Notes under the pieces: generated by a model
What the model was told of the DNA's origin: nothing
Seen by the model: the letters and a program-made list of their open reading frames with translations, nothing else
The model's database searches: none
Translations under genes and position numbers: made by a program
Assembly: GCA_951406725.2 (NCBI GenBank)
Contig: OX597814.1
Span: 220,472,001 to 220,536,000, forward strand
Direction: 5' to 3'
From: Octopus vulgaris
Taxonomy: Eukaryota
Length of the DNA: 64,000 nt
Part shown: piece after piece, positions 1 through 13,855 of the stretch
Layout of the letters: every line of letters begins with the position of its first letter
How positions within the stretch are numbered: position 1 is the stretch's first letter

Positions 1-699
1 CAAGTAATGATCTCAGCTGGAGTAGATCCAATATGTGAAGAAAAATGTAGCAGCTATTTTCAATGGCAGATCATGCAGGAATTAGAAATATTGTCTATTA
101 TTACTGAACACATCTAAGTTACTCTAGATATATATATGAATATAATACCAATGTACAATGGTGAACCATTATAAGATATAGTCTAAATTTGTTAAACACT
201 TTAGTATGTCATATGTACTTATTTTATTGATCTCAAAGACATGAAAGACTAGATTTATTTATCACTGAGCTGTTATTTAGGTTCTAAACTTTATTGTTTG
301 GTTAGTTTTGGAGTTGATTCCGTTTCATCTACGGTTTGTATGTTATCAAAGAGATTAAGTCTTAGACTATGTAATCCTGATATTTAGCATATTTATTTGA
401 AGGAATATCTGGTTCCTGTGTTTGCAGGTCAAATAAGTTATAAAAAGAAAACATTTTTCATTGGTTAAGCTTTGTATTTATTTTCCTTTGTAGTAGTTCT
501 AAAAATAAAGCATTTCTCACTGAAAAGAGGAATAAATAAATATAAACGTAGAAAGAACATTTATCAAAGTTGTTAGAATTAATCTAAGAGAAGGAAAAAG
601 AAGCTTTGGATAGGATAATAAAAGATAGATATTAATAGATATTAACTGATATTGTTTCTAATGCTCTTTAACTGAAAAATACAAATTATTTTTATGTGC

Positions 700-930
700 T
701 GAGCATAATTGTACTGGATGTAAGACCATTCTAAATTTAGCAAACTTGTTGATTAGTGCAATCCCATGTTTCTTCATTCAAAGTGTCAGAGAAATAGAAC
801 TGTGAATTCTCAACTGTTACCAGAGTATACCTTCAACCAATGAGAATAGTCAAGGGGAAAATTTGATGACTGGTAAGCTTATAATGTGTTTAAGATTGAC
901 TGGATTTAAATTGATAGGTGAATAAATACA
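700..930 (+). pseudogene. Highly decayed CR1/L2-type LINE reverse-transcriptase C-terminal fragment
   Basis: Frameshifted echoes of the YVRPILEYA, WNP, EKVQRRAT and RRxRGDLI motifs (e.g. gatgtaagaccattctaaatttagca, gtgcaatccca, aaagtgtcagagaaatagaac). Confidence 0.35.
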
Positions 931-991
931 AGTGCTAAGATAGATAGTTCTTAGTCAGAAATCATGCAGAGATGAACTCTGTAATACCTAT

Positions 992-1398
992 TACTCTTTT
1001 ACTCTTTTACTTGTTTCAGTCATTTGACTGTGGCCATGCTGGAGCACCGCCTTTAGTCGAGCAAATCAACCCCAGGACTTATTCTTTGTAAGCCCAGTAC
1101 TTATTCTATCGGTCTCTTTTGCCAAACCGCAAAGTGACGGGGACGTAAACACACCAGCATTGGTTGTCAAGCAATGCTAGGGGGACAAACACAGACACAC
1201 AAACATATACACACACACTTATATATATATAGATATATACGACGGGCTTCTTTCAGTTTCCGTCTACCAAATCCACTCACAAGGCATTGGTCGGCCCGTG
1301 GCTATAGCAGAAGACATTTGCCCAAGATGCCACGCAGTGGGACTGAACCCGGAACCATGTGGTTGGTTAGCAAGCTACTTACCAGCCACTTCTGCGCC
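992..1398 (-). mobile_element. SINE family A (~410 bp; tRNA-derived head, CORE-like ttgggcaag block, internal TA/TG microsatellite, (AAAAGAGT)n tail)
   Basis: Near-identical to more than 10 other copies in the window; pol III A/B-box-like head (gtggctg..tggtaag ... gggttcagtccc). Confidence 0.93.
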
Positions 1399-1567
1399 TA
1401 TTGTTGATAATTCTTCATGCTTCAGATACTACATATATGCTCTGATGAGGAAGGTAAGTCAAAAATGAAGTCTTGGAGGAGTTCCAAAGATTCTTTAAGT
1501 TTGAACATTTTTGCACACATACAATTATATTTGATAGTTGCTGCAAGATCACTGATGTCTGAATTTA

Positions 1568-2813
1568 CCAGGCTGAGTCAAAAGTTTAAAAAAACTTTTT
1601 TACTGATGATTTCTGGCAACCTGTATCTCTATGTTATATCATTAATTTGATACAACTTGTCCAGTGATTGCTGAATTGTTTATTCTTTATTTCCATTTAT
1701 GACATATGGACATTAACTGGTTATTCTTTATTTTACAGTTATGATATTGATAGGAGAAAAAATTGAAACTAGAGCCTTTTTATGATATCAGTGGGAAAAG
1801 GGACTGAGTGCAAGGGCAGTGGTAAAGTCTAAGAACTGTGGCACAAAACTGGCTCAGACATTTCAAGGAAGGTGACACTAACCTTGAAGATAAACCAAAG
1901 TCAGGGAGACATTCTAATTTAGAAGATGAGGCCTTGCTTGAAATGGTTGAACAACAGCCAAGCACAAGCCCTCATACATTGTCAGAAGAACTTGGTCCTT
2001 CACAAAGCACCATCAATCAGCACCTCCATACGCTCAGCCTTGTGAACAGATGCTGTCAAAAAGCTTTTCATGAACTGATTAATGACCAGGCTCAAAGACA
2101 CATGAACATTTGCAAAGAACTGCTGGAAAATCCTTGAGATGCTAGTTTTTGGCATTCAATTTTATATGGAAATAAAAAAAATGGATCTATTTTCATAATT
2201 CTTATAAGAGGAATCAGTGGCTTTGTTCCAGCCTAGCTTCAGAACTTGTTAAACAAGGGCAGTTTGAACAGAAGTCATGTTGTGTGTTTGGTGGGTGTTG
2301 CATTTTGAGCTTGTCCCAGATGGTAATGCTGTGAATGCTAACCTTTATGATCAACAACTGCAGTGATATATATATAAGATGCTTTGAAAGCCTACTACTT
2401 GGCATTGGTCTATCAAAATAAAGCATTTATACACCATGACAATGCCCCAGCATACTCTGCTAATGTGACCAAGTGCAAACTTGAGGAACTTGTGGGACTA
2501 GAAGTGCTGCCTCATCCTACTTATAGTCCAAACCTTGCACCATCAGATTACCACCTTTTCCCTGCTGTGGATCATTAACTGCACAAACGGAGATTCAGAA
2601 ATGAGGTTGAGGTTGACAATGGGTCCAGGGCAGTTTTCTGACTCCAAACCAACAAAATGGTTTAAGCATGGAATTGAGCTTCTCACACAATGATGACAAC
2701 AACCAATAGAATATGAGGGAATATATTTTGATGAATAAACACTTTTTGTAAGTAATTTGTTTGGACTATTAAATTAAAGCATGAAATATGAAAACACTTT
2801 TGACTCAACCTGA
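1568..2813 (+). mobile_element. Full-length decayed mariner DNA transposon (~1.25 kb)
   Basis: TIRs caggctgagtcaaaagt (left, preceded by TA at 1566-1567) and acttttgactcaacctg (right) enclose transposase remnants. Confidence 0.9.
1750..2738 (+). pseudogene. Mariner transposase pseudogene (stops and frameshifts)
   Basis: ORF 1838-2137 has the HTH region (WLRHFKEGDTNLEDKPKSGR); ORF 2384-2578 has the catalytic motifs HDNAPAY and HPTYSPNLAPSDYHLF. Confidence 0.9.
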
Positions 2814-2852
2814 GATGTGTGTGTGTGTGTGTAGTATGTTTGTTTGTATGCA

Positions 2853-3069
2853 TACTCTTTTACTCTTTTACTTGTTTCAGTCATTTGACTGCAGCCATGC
2901 TGGAGCACCGCCTTTAGTCGAGCAAATCAACCCCAGGACTTATTCTTTGTAAGCCTAGTACTTATTCTATCGGTCTCTTTTGCCGAACCGCTAAGTGACG
3001 GGGACGTAAACACACCAGCATCGGTTGTCAAGCAATGCTAGGGAGACAAACACAGACACACAAACACAT

Positions 3070-3122
<53 letters not shown>

Positions 3123-3286
3123 TTCGACAGGCTTCTTTGAGTTTCTGTCTACCAAATCCACTCACAAGGCATTGGTTGGCCCGGGGCTATAGCAGAAGAC
3201 ACTTGCCCAAGATGCCACGCAGTGGGACTGAACCCAGAACCATGTGGTTGGTTAGCAAGCTACTTACCACACAGCCACTCCTGCGC
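2853..3286 (-). mobile_element. SINE family A
   Basis: Full-length match to the other copies. Confidence 0.93.
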
Positions 3287-5051
3287 ATGTATAATATTTT
3301 TTTACCTCAAACATACATTTTACTTTTAAATAACCTTCAAAAGACCAATGAAAATATGTTTTCTTCCCATTTGTAATTTAGGTATCATATGGTTAAATTT
3401 AGAAACTTGCAACAAATGATAAAAGATGAAAACAGTGAAAGCATTGAGCGATTGAAGAGAGTCAGGTTATCAACAACTATTACAATAACAAGAAAAACAC
3501 ATGAAAAGTCTTCTAAAATGAAAACCATTAAAATGGTGTTTATAATGGGAATAATATTGCTGTCATACAATTTTAGTTTTAGAATGGCAAGATTAGAAAT
3601 TTGCCAAAACATCTTGATTTCAACAGAAACTAAGATATCATTGTGGATGTTCATTTGGAGTAGTTTGGTTGCTATAGCATCTGATTAGTGCTCAGGTGCT
3701 GAAGGAAAGTACAGGGTATTTTTTTAAAATGGTGAAGTTTATAAAGAAAATAAAAAAAATTAATTCAATAAAGAAAAAGGAACTCAAAATAAAAATGATA
3801 AATTTTGGTTAATTCACCTAAAATTGGAGAAGGAAAGAATTTAAGATGAACAATAAATTGAAAATAAAGCTTTCTAAAAAATTTCTTTTTAAATATACCA
3901 TTGCCAACTACCATCTATCATAAGAGAAACATTGAAGATCATTTCTGCTACCATTGTAAAAGTCATACAAAAAGAAAATTTTCAAGATCTGAAAGGCTCA
4001 GAACAAATCACCCCACATCCCTGCCAAAAAATGCTGCTAAAACTGAGCAGGTGAAAACAGTTCTTATTTGTGACATATCTGATCCCAATGTAGTTACCAA
4101 AAGCCTAATATGTGGCTTTAATAAGATGAAAATATTGCTTCCGATATACTTTTTCTTCATACTTTTATCTTCTTACAAGCCTTGTTATTATTATTATTAT
4201 TATTATTATCATAATTGTTGTTGCTGGTATTTGTAGCTAATTTTATATTATTACAGCCCTGAAATAGTTGCCATGGATATGGAATTAATAAGAAAAACAT
4301 AAAAATAATAAAATAAGGAACAGGAATGTAATTATTCCAAAATTCAGTTGGTAATTTCTTTAAAAAGAAAAATTTTACTCTGGTGCAATTATCACACATT
4401 TAGACAGGTAATGAGAGAAGTAATATTAAGAAAATTTTAATTATTAAATTACATTTTAAAAATGCTGTTTTTCTCAGAACTACAGCCAATTTCTTAAGCA
4501 AGTGTTCAGAATAGGGTATCATCAGAGAGACAAGAAAAAGTAGATGAAATAGAGAAGAAATATGTGTAAATATCATTTGGAATATGGCATGTTATTAAGG
4601 AAAAGAATAAAGTTACTTTATTAATTAATTTTCACATAAACATCTGGTGCAACAGAAAACAGATGAATTTAGTCCTAATTTACAGAATCCTAGCATTCTT
4701 TCGGTTACACCTTCATAGTAATTAATCTAAATTGGTGAATCTAAAAGTAAATCCCAAAATATTACAAGTATCAAAGTATTGTTTTATCCATGGGAAAATT
4801 AGCTTCAAGTATTTCAGTCTCAGAATGTTCACACACACACACACACACACACACAATAAATAGTGAGGGATTATCAATCCAGGCAAAATACTTTATAAGC
4901 TCTTTGTTGGCAGACCAGGCTAACAATATTATTTAGATTAGTGAAAAGCCCCGGGTAATCTTGTGGCAGGGTTCCAAAATTATGTTTCATCACAATTCTA
5001 TGTTGTAAATCTGTGGATGGGCTCCAGACAAACTGGGTTTTACTCAGAGGG

Positions 5052-5472
5052 ATATATAAGAAACGACTTTCAAATAATAATCATTACATATTATTCCTTT
5101 ATTGGAGCAAATTTGGCTTACAGTTGTTTCCAGTAGTCATTATAGGTAGTACTGATAAGTTTACTCAAATGGGCTATTGATCAACAGAGGAAAATTGAAT
5201 GTCCTAAGGAAATTAATGCTACTTTCATCATCAGAGCTATTTCTGGTTATAACAAGTGCTCTGCTTGTTATAACCAGAAATAGCTCTGATGATGTAAGTA
5301 GCATTAATTTCCTTAGGTCATTCAATTTTCCTCAATTGATGAATAGACCAGTTGAGTAAACCTATCAGGAATGTACCTATAATGACTACTGGAAACAGCT
5401 GTAAGCCAAATTTGCTCCAATAAAGGAAACAGCTGTAATGACCATTATTTTTAACTTGTTTCTTTTATATAT
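5052..5472. mobile_element. Large palindromic insert (~205-bp arms, 7-nt loop at 5257-5263), probably Penelope-derived
   Basis: Arms are reverse complements (e.g. tcctttattggagcaaatttggcttacag / ctgtaagccaaatttgctccaataaagga); TA repeats at both ends. Confidence 0.8.
5283..5406 (+). ncRNA. Type I hammerhead ribozyme motif with a long stem II insertion (mirror copy on the minus strand in the left arm)
   Basis: GCU-CUGAUGA (5286-5292), stem II AGUAGCAUUA/UAAUGACUACU, GAAA-C (5392-5396), palindromic AGCU loop, GUA (5401-5403), then AGC pairing with GCU; AATAAA at 5419-5424. Confidence 0.7.
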
Positions 5473-5712
5473 ATAAGAGGTGTGTCTATCTGTGTCTACT
5501 AGTGTAAAATGACTGATAGTAGTTCCTTTACATCAAAAATTGACACGGTGATCTGATAATCAGAGGATGATAAAACAACTATCACAATGAAATAAATGAT
5601 GGGACCATGAGAATGATCAACCAAAGCCCTTACCGGCAGTGTTCCACTGAGGCTTTAGTTGAATGATTGAAAGCAGTAAAAACTTAATATAATATGAACA
5701 AAAAGTATATTA

Positions 5713-5933
5713 GAATTATTAAAATTACTAAGTCTCTCTAAAGGAGATTACGGCAGCGTTACTGGAAATTAATAGTTATCACCATACTAATATGGCAGTC
5801 TTATAAATATAAGACTAAAACAGGTTCGTGTGTCAAATAGCTAGCTTGAGGCGGTGGCCTCTTGGAGCTAATCATCGACAGCTTTAGTCTTATATTTATA
5901 AGACTGCCATATTAGTATGGCGATAACTATTAA
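5713..5933. mobile_element. Hairpin/MITE-like insert with 51-bp inverted arms (5769-5819 and 5883-5933)
   Basis: One mismatch between arms; TTAA at both arm ends; 13-bp direct repeat aaaaagtatatta at 5700-5712 and 5932-5944. Confidence 0.75.
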
Positions 5934-6142
5934 AAAGTATATTAATATTAGTAAAACAGAAATAATGAATGTGGATATACCTCCTACTTGATAAGGTCCT
6001 ATTTACCGACCAGGTGTCCAATTTTTAGGGAAAGATATATTCCTTACATGCATAATGCTATAGAAAGCAGGGAAGTATTGGCGTACCGGATTCTTTTGAT
6101 TTGAAAAAGAAAACTAACAAGCCTCGGCAGCTGTGTGGTTAT

Positions 6143-6210
6143 ATCATCATCATCATCATCATCATCATCATCGTTTAGCGTCCGTTTTCCATGCTAGCAT
6201 GGGTTGGACG
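6143..6210 (-). mobile_element. RTE-LINE 3' tail fragment with (GAT)n terminus
   Basis: (cat)n-cgtttagcgtccgttttccatgctagcatgggttggacg, the same tail as at 17090-17143. Confidence 0.75.
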
Positions 6211-6808
6211 TATGTAATAAAGGAATAAAATTTTAGAAAATGAAAGCAAGTTTGAAATATCAAAACCGATTCTTCTAGTTTTTAAAAGTTGCAACATGTA
6301 ATAAAATGTGGTAGAAAGTGGAAATGTAATATTTTTGTAGGAAATTTGTGAGCAATGGTCTTTTCAGTGGACATTTTGATCTGAGATAGAAGTTTAGTAG
6401 AGAAATCAATAAATGACTGCATTTTCACCAGAGTTCAGGTGACCAGAGTGTTTTATGCACTGAACTTTTCAAAACTTACATTGAATTATCACAGAATCTC
6501 ATTGCAGCTGATCACTAAATACAGGAAGCCCTCATCCTGTATTTAGTGTGAATTTGCATTAAACATGGAGAAGACACACACATGCAGGTATTAAGAATTT
6601 GGTATAGAATATTCTACAGCTGCATCAAAGCTTTGAATTCCAATGGGTTATGGCTTCAGTGAAAATTGTAGAACATTATTTTGGCAGCAACTGTAGAGGT
6701 GAAAATCTTTTTTAATAGGTTTAGATTTATCAACTGTAATCACTGTGAAAGCTGAATTGAGCTGCTTTACAATACTGTTGGAAACATTTATTGAAATTTG
6801 TCATACGC

Positions 6809-7210
6809 GGCGCAGGAGTGGCTGTGTGGTAAGTAGCTTGTTTACCTACCACATGGTTCCGGGTTCAGTCCCACTGCGTGGCACCTTGGGCAAGTGTCTT
6901 CTACTATAGCCTCGGGCCGACCAAAGCCTTGTGAGTGGATTTGGTAGATGGAAACTGAAAGAAGCCCGTCGTATATATGTATATATATGCATGTGTGTGT
7001 TTGTGTGTCTGTGTTTGTCCCCCTAGCATTGCTTGACAACCGATGCTGGTGTGTTTATGTCCCCCATTACTTAGCGGTTCAGCAAAAAGAGACCGATAGA
7101 ATAAGTACTGGGCTTACAAAGAATAAGTCCCGGGGTCGATTTGCTCGACTAAAGGTGATGCTCCAGCATGACCGCAGTCAAATGACTGAAAAGAGTAAAG
7201 AGTAAAGAGT
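6809..7210 (+). mobile_element. SINE family A with 6-bp TSD
   Basis: Full length; TSD atacgc at 6803-6808 and 7211-7216. Confidence 0.93.
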
Positions 7211-7384
7211 ATACGCATTTCACCATGCTTCAAACTTCTATACAGACCATCATGTACAAAAACATCTCCATCATTTCTAACTGCACAGGTGGAGATGATG
7301 AAGATGTGTTTGATCCTCATCAACTTAATATTGATTAGGACATCCAGAACTTTTAAGTTTCCTTTTCATAGTCAGGTTGCAGTC

Positions 7385-7640
7385 ATACAAATGTTCCTTC
7401 TCGAGCCATGCCAGGCTCCTAAGGGCCAGTTTCCCGGTTTCAGTGGTGTAGAAATTCCCCACCTGGACGGGACGCCGGTCCGTCGCATGGTTACTCATTT
7501 TTGCCAGCTGAGTGGACTGGAGCAACGTGAAAATGAAGTGTCTTGCTCAAGAACACACTGCATCACCCGGTCCAGGAATTGAAACCACAACCTTACGATC
7601 ATGAGTTCAACACCCTAACCACTAAGCCACACGCCTCCAC
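7385..7640 (-). mobile_element. tRNA-derived SINE, family B-related head with a different 3' part
   Basis: Minus strand reads gtggaggcgtgtggcttagtggttaggg...gtttcaattcc, followed by the ttgagcaagacact core shared with 25622-25920. Confidence 0.75.
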
Positions 7641-8571
7641 AGATTGCAGTCCAAGGGTTGATTGATTTCTTCTAAATAAAAATAAGAATTAAAAAAAAAA
7701 AAACATTGTTTAGCACTCTATTGATTCAAATGTCACTCTCCAGTCATTTATCCAAAAAGGAAACTGTAACAAACCACTACAACTCATTAAAATATTTCTG
7801 AAGTCCTGCTTCTTATTTGGCACATGTTAAGAATTCAAACTGAATGATTGCAATTTTCAGTAAAACTGCCCACTTGATCATAAAATGGAAAGATGACTAT
7901 TTCCATCTAAGCGACCAAAAGCAAATACAATAAAATGCATAATTCAAGGACAGAATATATGATACAGTTTCACCTCCTTTTCACCATGTGAGAACTGGTA
8001 AAAATGATTCCACAGATATAGATATCTATAAATTGTTGAAGTAGTTGTTTTTATACTCTTCTGCAGAAGATAATCTAAGAAAAATGGTTCACCTGAAGAA
8101 GCTATTTATTCATACAGCAGTCGTCTTTCCTTATATTTACCAAGAACAAAACAACAAAACAGCTTGAAATCGCAACAAGAGAAACGGTTTTGAAGACAAC
8201 AGAGATTTGTAGGCATGGTGTCCCAAAACAGAAGAATCTAAGAGAGGAAATTTGTACAGATCTTTTGTTCAAACACTGTAAATAGTATTATTTACTACAG
8301 CTGCTTAATATGATGAATAGCAACACAAAAGAGATAAAAATACAGAAAAAGAAGGGACTTCAAATATAGCCATATTCATAAACCAGACAGATCAACTCAC
8401 GTCGGATCTAAATACACCTTTAGAAATGGTCTATGTTTTCAATTACCAATCAATTATAGACAACAATAATTACTGCAAATATACCACATCTTTACAAAGC
8501 TATGAATTAGTGTTTATTTACTAAAAAACAGAAAAAAACTTTATGTTACTAGTAGTTATATTTTCTCCTTC

Positions 8572-8614
<43 letters not shown>

Positions 8615-9398
8615 TAAGAAGAAACTGATTACAAAAGAAAAAAAAAAAGCATTACTTCGATTTATTTAATATCAATTGTTTTGATAGCCTATCTCTGCAC
8701 ATCTTAAACATATATATAAGAAGGGTAGAAAGCTTTCAAAGAGAGAGATATCATTATTTTTACTTTGATTTCCTATTCAGACTTTCTATTACTTTTGTTT
8801 TTGTTTTATTTTTGCCATGACATTTTATCTTGTCCCCTGAGTAGAGAACCATTCAATATAGAAGTGGAGAATCAAATAATTCCAATAAATAAATAAAAAA
8901 ATAAAAAATAAAAAAAATGGTGGAAAAAACGATCTGATGACAAGAAGAGATGGATGATGATAATAGGAGGAAAAGATGAAGACTACAAAATAAGGAAAGA
9001 AGCAATGAAAAAAAGAGAGCCATGACAATAGGAATTAATAATGACAATTAAATGATGACAAAGAGAAAACTAGTGACAAAAAGAGAGCTAAAAACAAAAC
9101 ATTATGATGGAGGGGAAAAGATATAACGAAGTATAGAAAAATAAAACAGAATGTAACACAGATTTACATAAAAATCGGGTTTCTGTAGAATTGTCCACTA
9201 GAATGTTCATATATAGGTACAAATTACATCACAGAAAATCACGACGCTTACAAAAACACACATATTGTTCAACTGTGTCAGTGACCAGGTCATAGACATC
9301 TACAATATATTTTGACACTTTATAATATACAATAATATAATGGAATAATAGTAATAAAAAAAACAAAACAAAAAGAAAAAGCTAACTATAATAGCAAA

Positions 9399-9806
9399 TA
9401 CTCTTTACTCTTTTACGGGTTTCAGTCATTTGACTGCGGCCATGCTGGAGCACCGCCTTTTTTTAGTTGAGCAAATCGACCCCGGGACTTATTCTTTGTA
9501 AGCCCAGTACTTATTCTATCGGTCTCTTTTGCCGAACCACTAAGTGACAGGGACATAAACACACCAGCATCGGTTGTCAAGCAATGCTAGGGGGACAAAC
9601 ACAGACACACAAACACATAAACATATATATATATACATATATACGACAGGCTTCTTTCAGTTTCTGTCTACCAAATCCACTCACAAGGCATTGGTCGGCC
9701 CGGGGCTATAGCAGAAGACACTTGCCCAAGATGCCACGCAGTGGGACTGAACCCGGAACCATGTGGTTGGTTAGCAAGCTACTTACCACACAGCCACTCC
9801 TGCACC
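9399..9806 (-). mobile_element. SINE family A
   Basis: Full-length match. Confidence 0.93.
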
Positions 9807-9894
9807 TATGTGTATTTTTACTCAATAATCATGACTCTTCCACAATATAACAATTTTAGCTTTAATATATGAGCTCAGAGATCTAGTCACTTTA

Positions 9895-10310
9895 CCTGCC
9901 ACACAAGTAAAACTTGTGAAATCAGAGCCATGGCTGTTGCTGGTAGCATGATCTTTGAATGTTGAGCCTCATGGAGGTGAGGGATGAGGTGGTGAAGTAT
10001 GATCGTCGAATGATGGGTCTCATGGAGGCGATGAGAAGTGACCGAGACCGCTGCTCTGTTTGAGAACACTTGTCAAGCCAAGTGAAATCGTAGTTGTGGC
10101 CATTGCTAGTGTCATGCAAATGGCACCTGTGCTGGTGACACATAAAAAGCACCCATTACACTCTTGGAGTGGTTGGTGTTGGGAAGGGTGTCCAGCCATA
10201 GAAACCATGCCGATTTAGACTGGAACCTGGTGCAGCTCTCTGGCTCACCAGTTTCAGTCAAATCGTCTAACTCATGCCAGCATGGAAAGCGGATGTTAAA
10301 AGATGATGAT
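9895..10310 (+). mobile_element. RTE-LINE 3' end fragment
   Basis: Ends ccagcatggaaagcggatgttaaaagatgatgat, the RTE tail seen elsewhere in the window. Confidence 0.7.
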
Positions 10311-11609
10311 ATATATATATAAAAATATAGATAATAGATAAAAAAAGTGTATTAACATTGTAAGTTCAAAGCAAAAGGAAACTTGTTACATAAGTTGTAA
10401 CAAACACAAAACTAGTTTAGCTAATCTTCAAGTCTTTGTTACCTCAATATTGTTTACATAGGAATAATATTATTTCTAGATTAATAATTCACAAAAAAAT
10501 AAAAAAAGGAAGAAAAGATAGTGAAGTGAAACAGACTTACATTACTTCAATGAGGAATACAGTTGTAATTAAATGCTAATGTAATTTTAACGACAGACAT
10601 ATCAGTGCAACAGAAAATTCCGAGAAGATGTTGCTTATGTCAACTAGACCAGAATACATAATTATATAAGACATGTAGTGGAATCATAAAAATAACACAT
10701 AAAAGCAGGGGTCTTCCAATTCAGTACAATATACTGAGATCAAGTAAGCTTTTGTCTATTTGCTCAATGTGTTGTTTTCATCCATGCTAAGTTTGCTCTA
10801 AGACACCCATGTTTTTGCTTGAAAGTCAAGAACAGTGTCAGTCAGGGAGTTTGACTGAGTTTGTGTGTCTAAGGGCTATGCATTGAATGTGTTAAGGCAC
10901 ACAGCATGCACCACATGTTTCTCACCAGAGTTCCATAATTTGTTCTAACGACAACAAACTAACACCATGTACTCTTTTCCTTCTATTAAAATGATTGCAA
11001 TGTATTTTATTATAAAGCTTACACTCAACAAAATTACGAAAAAGTTTTGAGTATTTTTTAAAACTCATTTCCTGCTAAAAGTGAAGACAAGGTTTCCGAG
11101 ATATTAACAGTAAATATATTTGCTTTTCAATATTTTCAAGAGATAATAGTGAATAAAAAAATATTATAACAATTTTCAGAGTAAATCAATATTGTAACTG
11201 ATATAGAAGGAAAAAAAAAACCTGATGACAATCATATCTATATTGATTCATTATATAGGTAGGAATACTATCGTTCAAATTAAATTATCAAATATCAATA
11301 TTTGATCTCAGAAAATATAATTTGAGAAAAAAAAATATACAGAAAAAAAAAACACTCAGATAATGGCATGCCAAAGTGCTTTTCATTATGATGATACATT
11401 TTTTTAATACTGTGGTCTCAAAGGTAAGGAACTGGTTAAAAGACAATGCAGCTAGTTCAATCACAAGCTACAGCAAACATTTGCATCTGAAAAGATTTTT
11501 TTCCACAAATCCTTATATTTTCCTCTGATTTGAATGATGATATATTCTACTTTAAAAAAAAAATGAGATCTTCATTTCCAAGGTTCAGGATATATATATA
11601 ATATTAACA

Positions 11610-12243
<634 letters not shown>

Positions 12244-12825
12244 AGTATAAAAGCATAAGAAAATGTGAACTTAAAAGATTTTATCACATAATTAGATTTT
12301 AGGCTTTTGCAAAAGTGAAGTTAAAGACCAAATAATAATAGTTTTTAACAAATGCATAAGGTTAGCAATCAAAGACAAGAGAAACAGTTGATTACATTGA
12401 TCCCCAATACTTAAACTCATACTTCATTTTATCAACCCTAGAATAATAGAAATAAAGTTGGCATGAAAATATAAGGGGCTGAACAAATACTGAAGAGAAT
12501 TTTGTCCAAAATTCTATTTTGTCAATCTATGGTAATAATAAGTGTAGCATTGATAATACAGCAGTATCACCTTTGTGTGAGACAGTTAGACATATAATTA
12601 GTGAAGCCTCAAAACTGACCCCCAAAATGTACAAAAAACTTTGTGACAAAGTGGCTGTGCGAATACACTTGTAGTTGTGAAGAAAGTATGGGCTAGAATG
12701 TTTCAACAAGTGGTATGAGCACCAACCTATGCCAGTAGCAGAGAATGATTAGGTGAAACTAACAATTCTATCAGCTCATCATCTTTTTAATAATGGTTTC
12801 TGAGTTAGACTCAAGAAGTTTGTAT

Positions 12826-12947
12826 TGACCCCAAAAGGATGAAAGGCAAAGTTGACCTTGGCAGAATTTGAACTCAGAACGTAACAGCAGATGAAATACC
12901 GCTAAGCATTTCGTCCGGTGTGCTAACATTTCTGCCAACTCACCACC
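12826..12947 (-). mobile_element. SINE family C fragment
   Basis: aaggatgaaaggcaaagttgac...gaatttgaactcagaac matches 19708-19924. Confidence 0.75.
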
Positions 12948-13669
12948 TATGAAGACTATCTGGCCTATGTGATCACATAAATGGCTCAATGATCAGATGG
13001 TTGGCCAGTTTTATGAAGGGTCAGGTTATAGAACACGAAGAGCCTTGATCCCATTGTACACATTGTGCCATAACCACTGCCTCTCTGTACATCACAGTCA
13101 CTGTCATCCATTACTGAGGTACTTTGTCAGAGGGCCTGATAGAAATTCATCTGTCAGTCCTACTTGGGGTGCACATGTAGAGATCACTGTTGCTATCACA
13201 TTGCCTGAGACAGATATCTGTTATTAGATATGCAGTATATCTCAGCTGGTAATAATTTAATGCTTTGTACAACAGGAATCGATCCCAGAAGCTTCAGCAG
13301 CAAAACTAATGATGATCAGCTGCTTTTCTAACACATTTGCTCTTACAAACATCTCTATCATTGTTGCATTAATGTCTGGGTTTTTCTTTTGTTCTCTCTC
13401 TCTCTCTCTCTCTCCCCATATGGATAAAAGTTGAATGAATCTGCAGTGTAGGATACCTCAATTGCACATGTTTTTATGTCATCTTGTTTATAATGTTCAA
13501 CATTATAGGATCAGAACATAATGCTTTTTTCCCTACGTCTCCTGTGTGTACTCTCTGTCAGCACAGGTCACACAAAGCTCACCACCCATTCACATCACGT
13601 TGTTAACAGTTATCTCACTTGCATACATCAGAAGATAAAGGGAACTTCTATATGCTCATTCAATCTATT

Positions 13670-13855
13670 AGAAACTGCAGCAAAATTTTTCCCCTTACTC
13701 TGTTAGAAAAAAGAAAAAGTAAATGGCTCAATGTAGAGCATCAGACAGTAGTGTTCTGGAGATAAATAAACAAATAAAATTGGATGGGCATGACTGGAAC
13801 AACACCCTTCATCACACGTCAGTTTGATCAGAGCTAATCTGAAAGTAAACAGCAT
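13670..13855 (+). repeat. Old dispersed repeat family D (degenerate copies near 20340-20770, 21990-22090, 28395-28450, 29590-29725, 31400-31530 and 55145-55310)
   Basis: Shared ggatggtcatg.ctggaat...gatcag.gct.a.ctg...ctaaacaacaac-like 3' motif. Confidence 0.5.

Noticed and set aside
1174-1407. Recurrent 'MLGGQTQTHKH...' and 'MSSNARGTNTD...' ORFs resembling a gene family
   Set aside because: They are antisense or sense readings of SINE family A.
3389-3688. 99-aa ORF faintly resembling a mariner HTH linker
   Set aside because: No TIRs or catalytic motifs could be confirmed.
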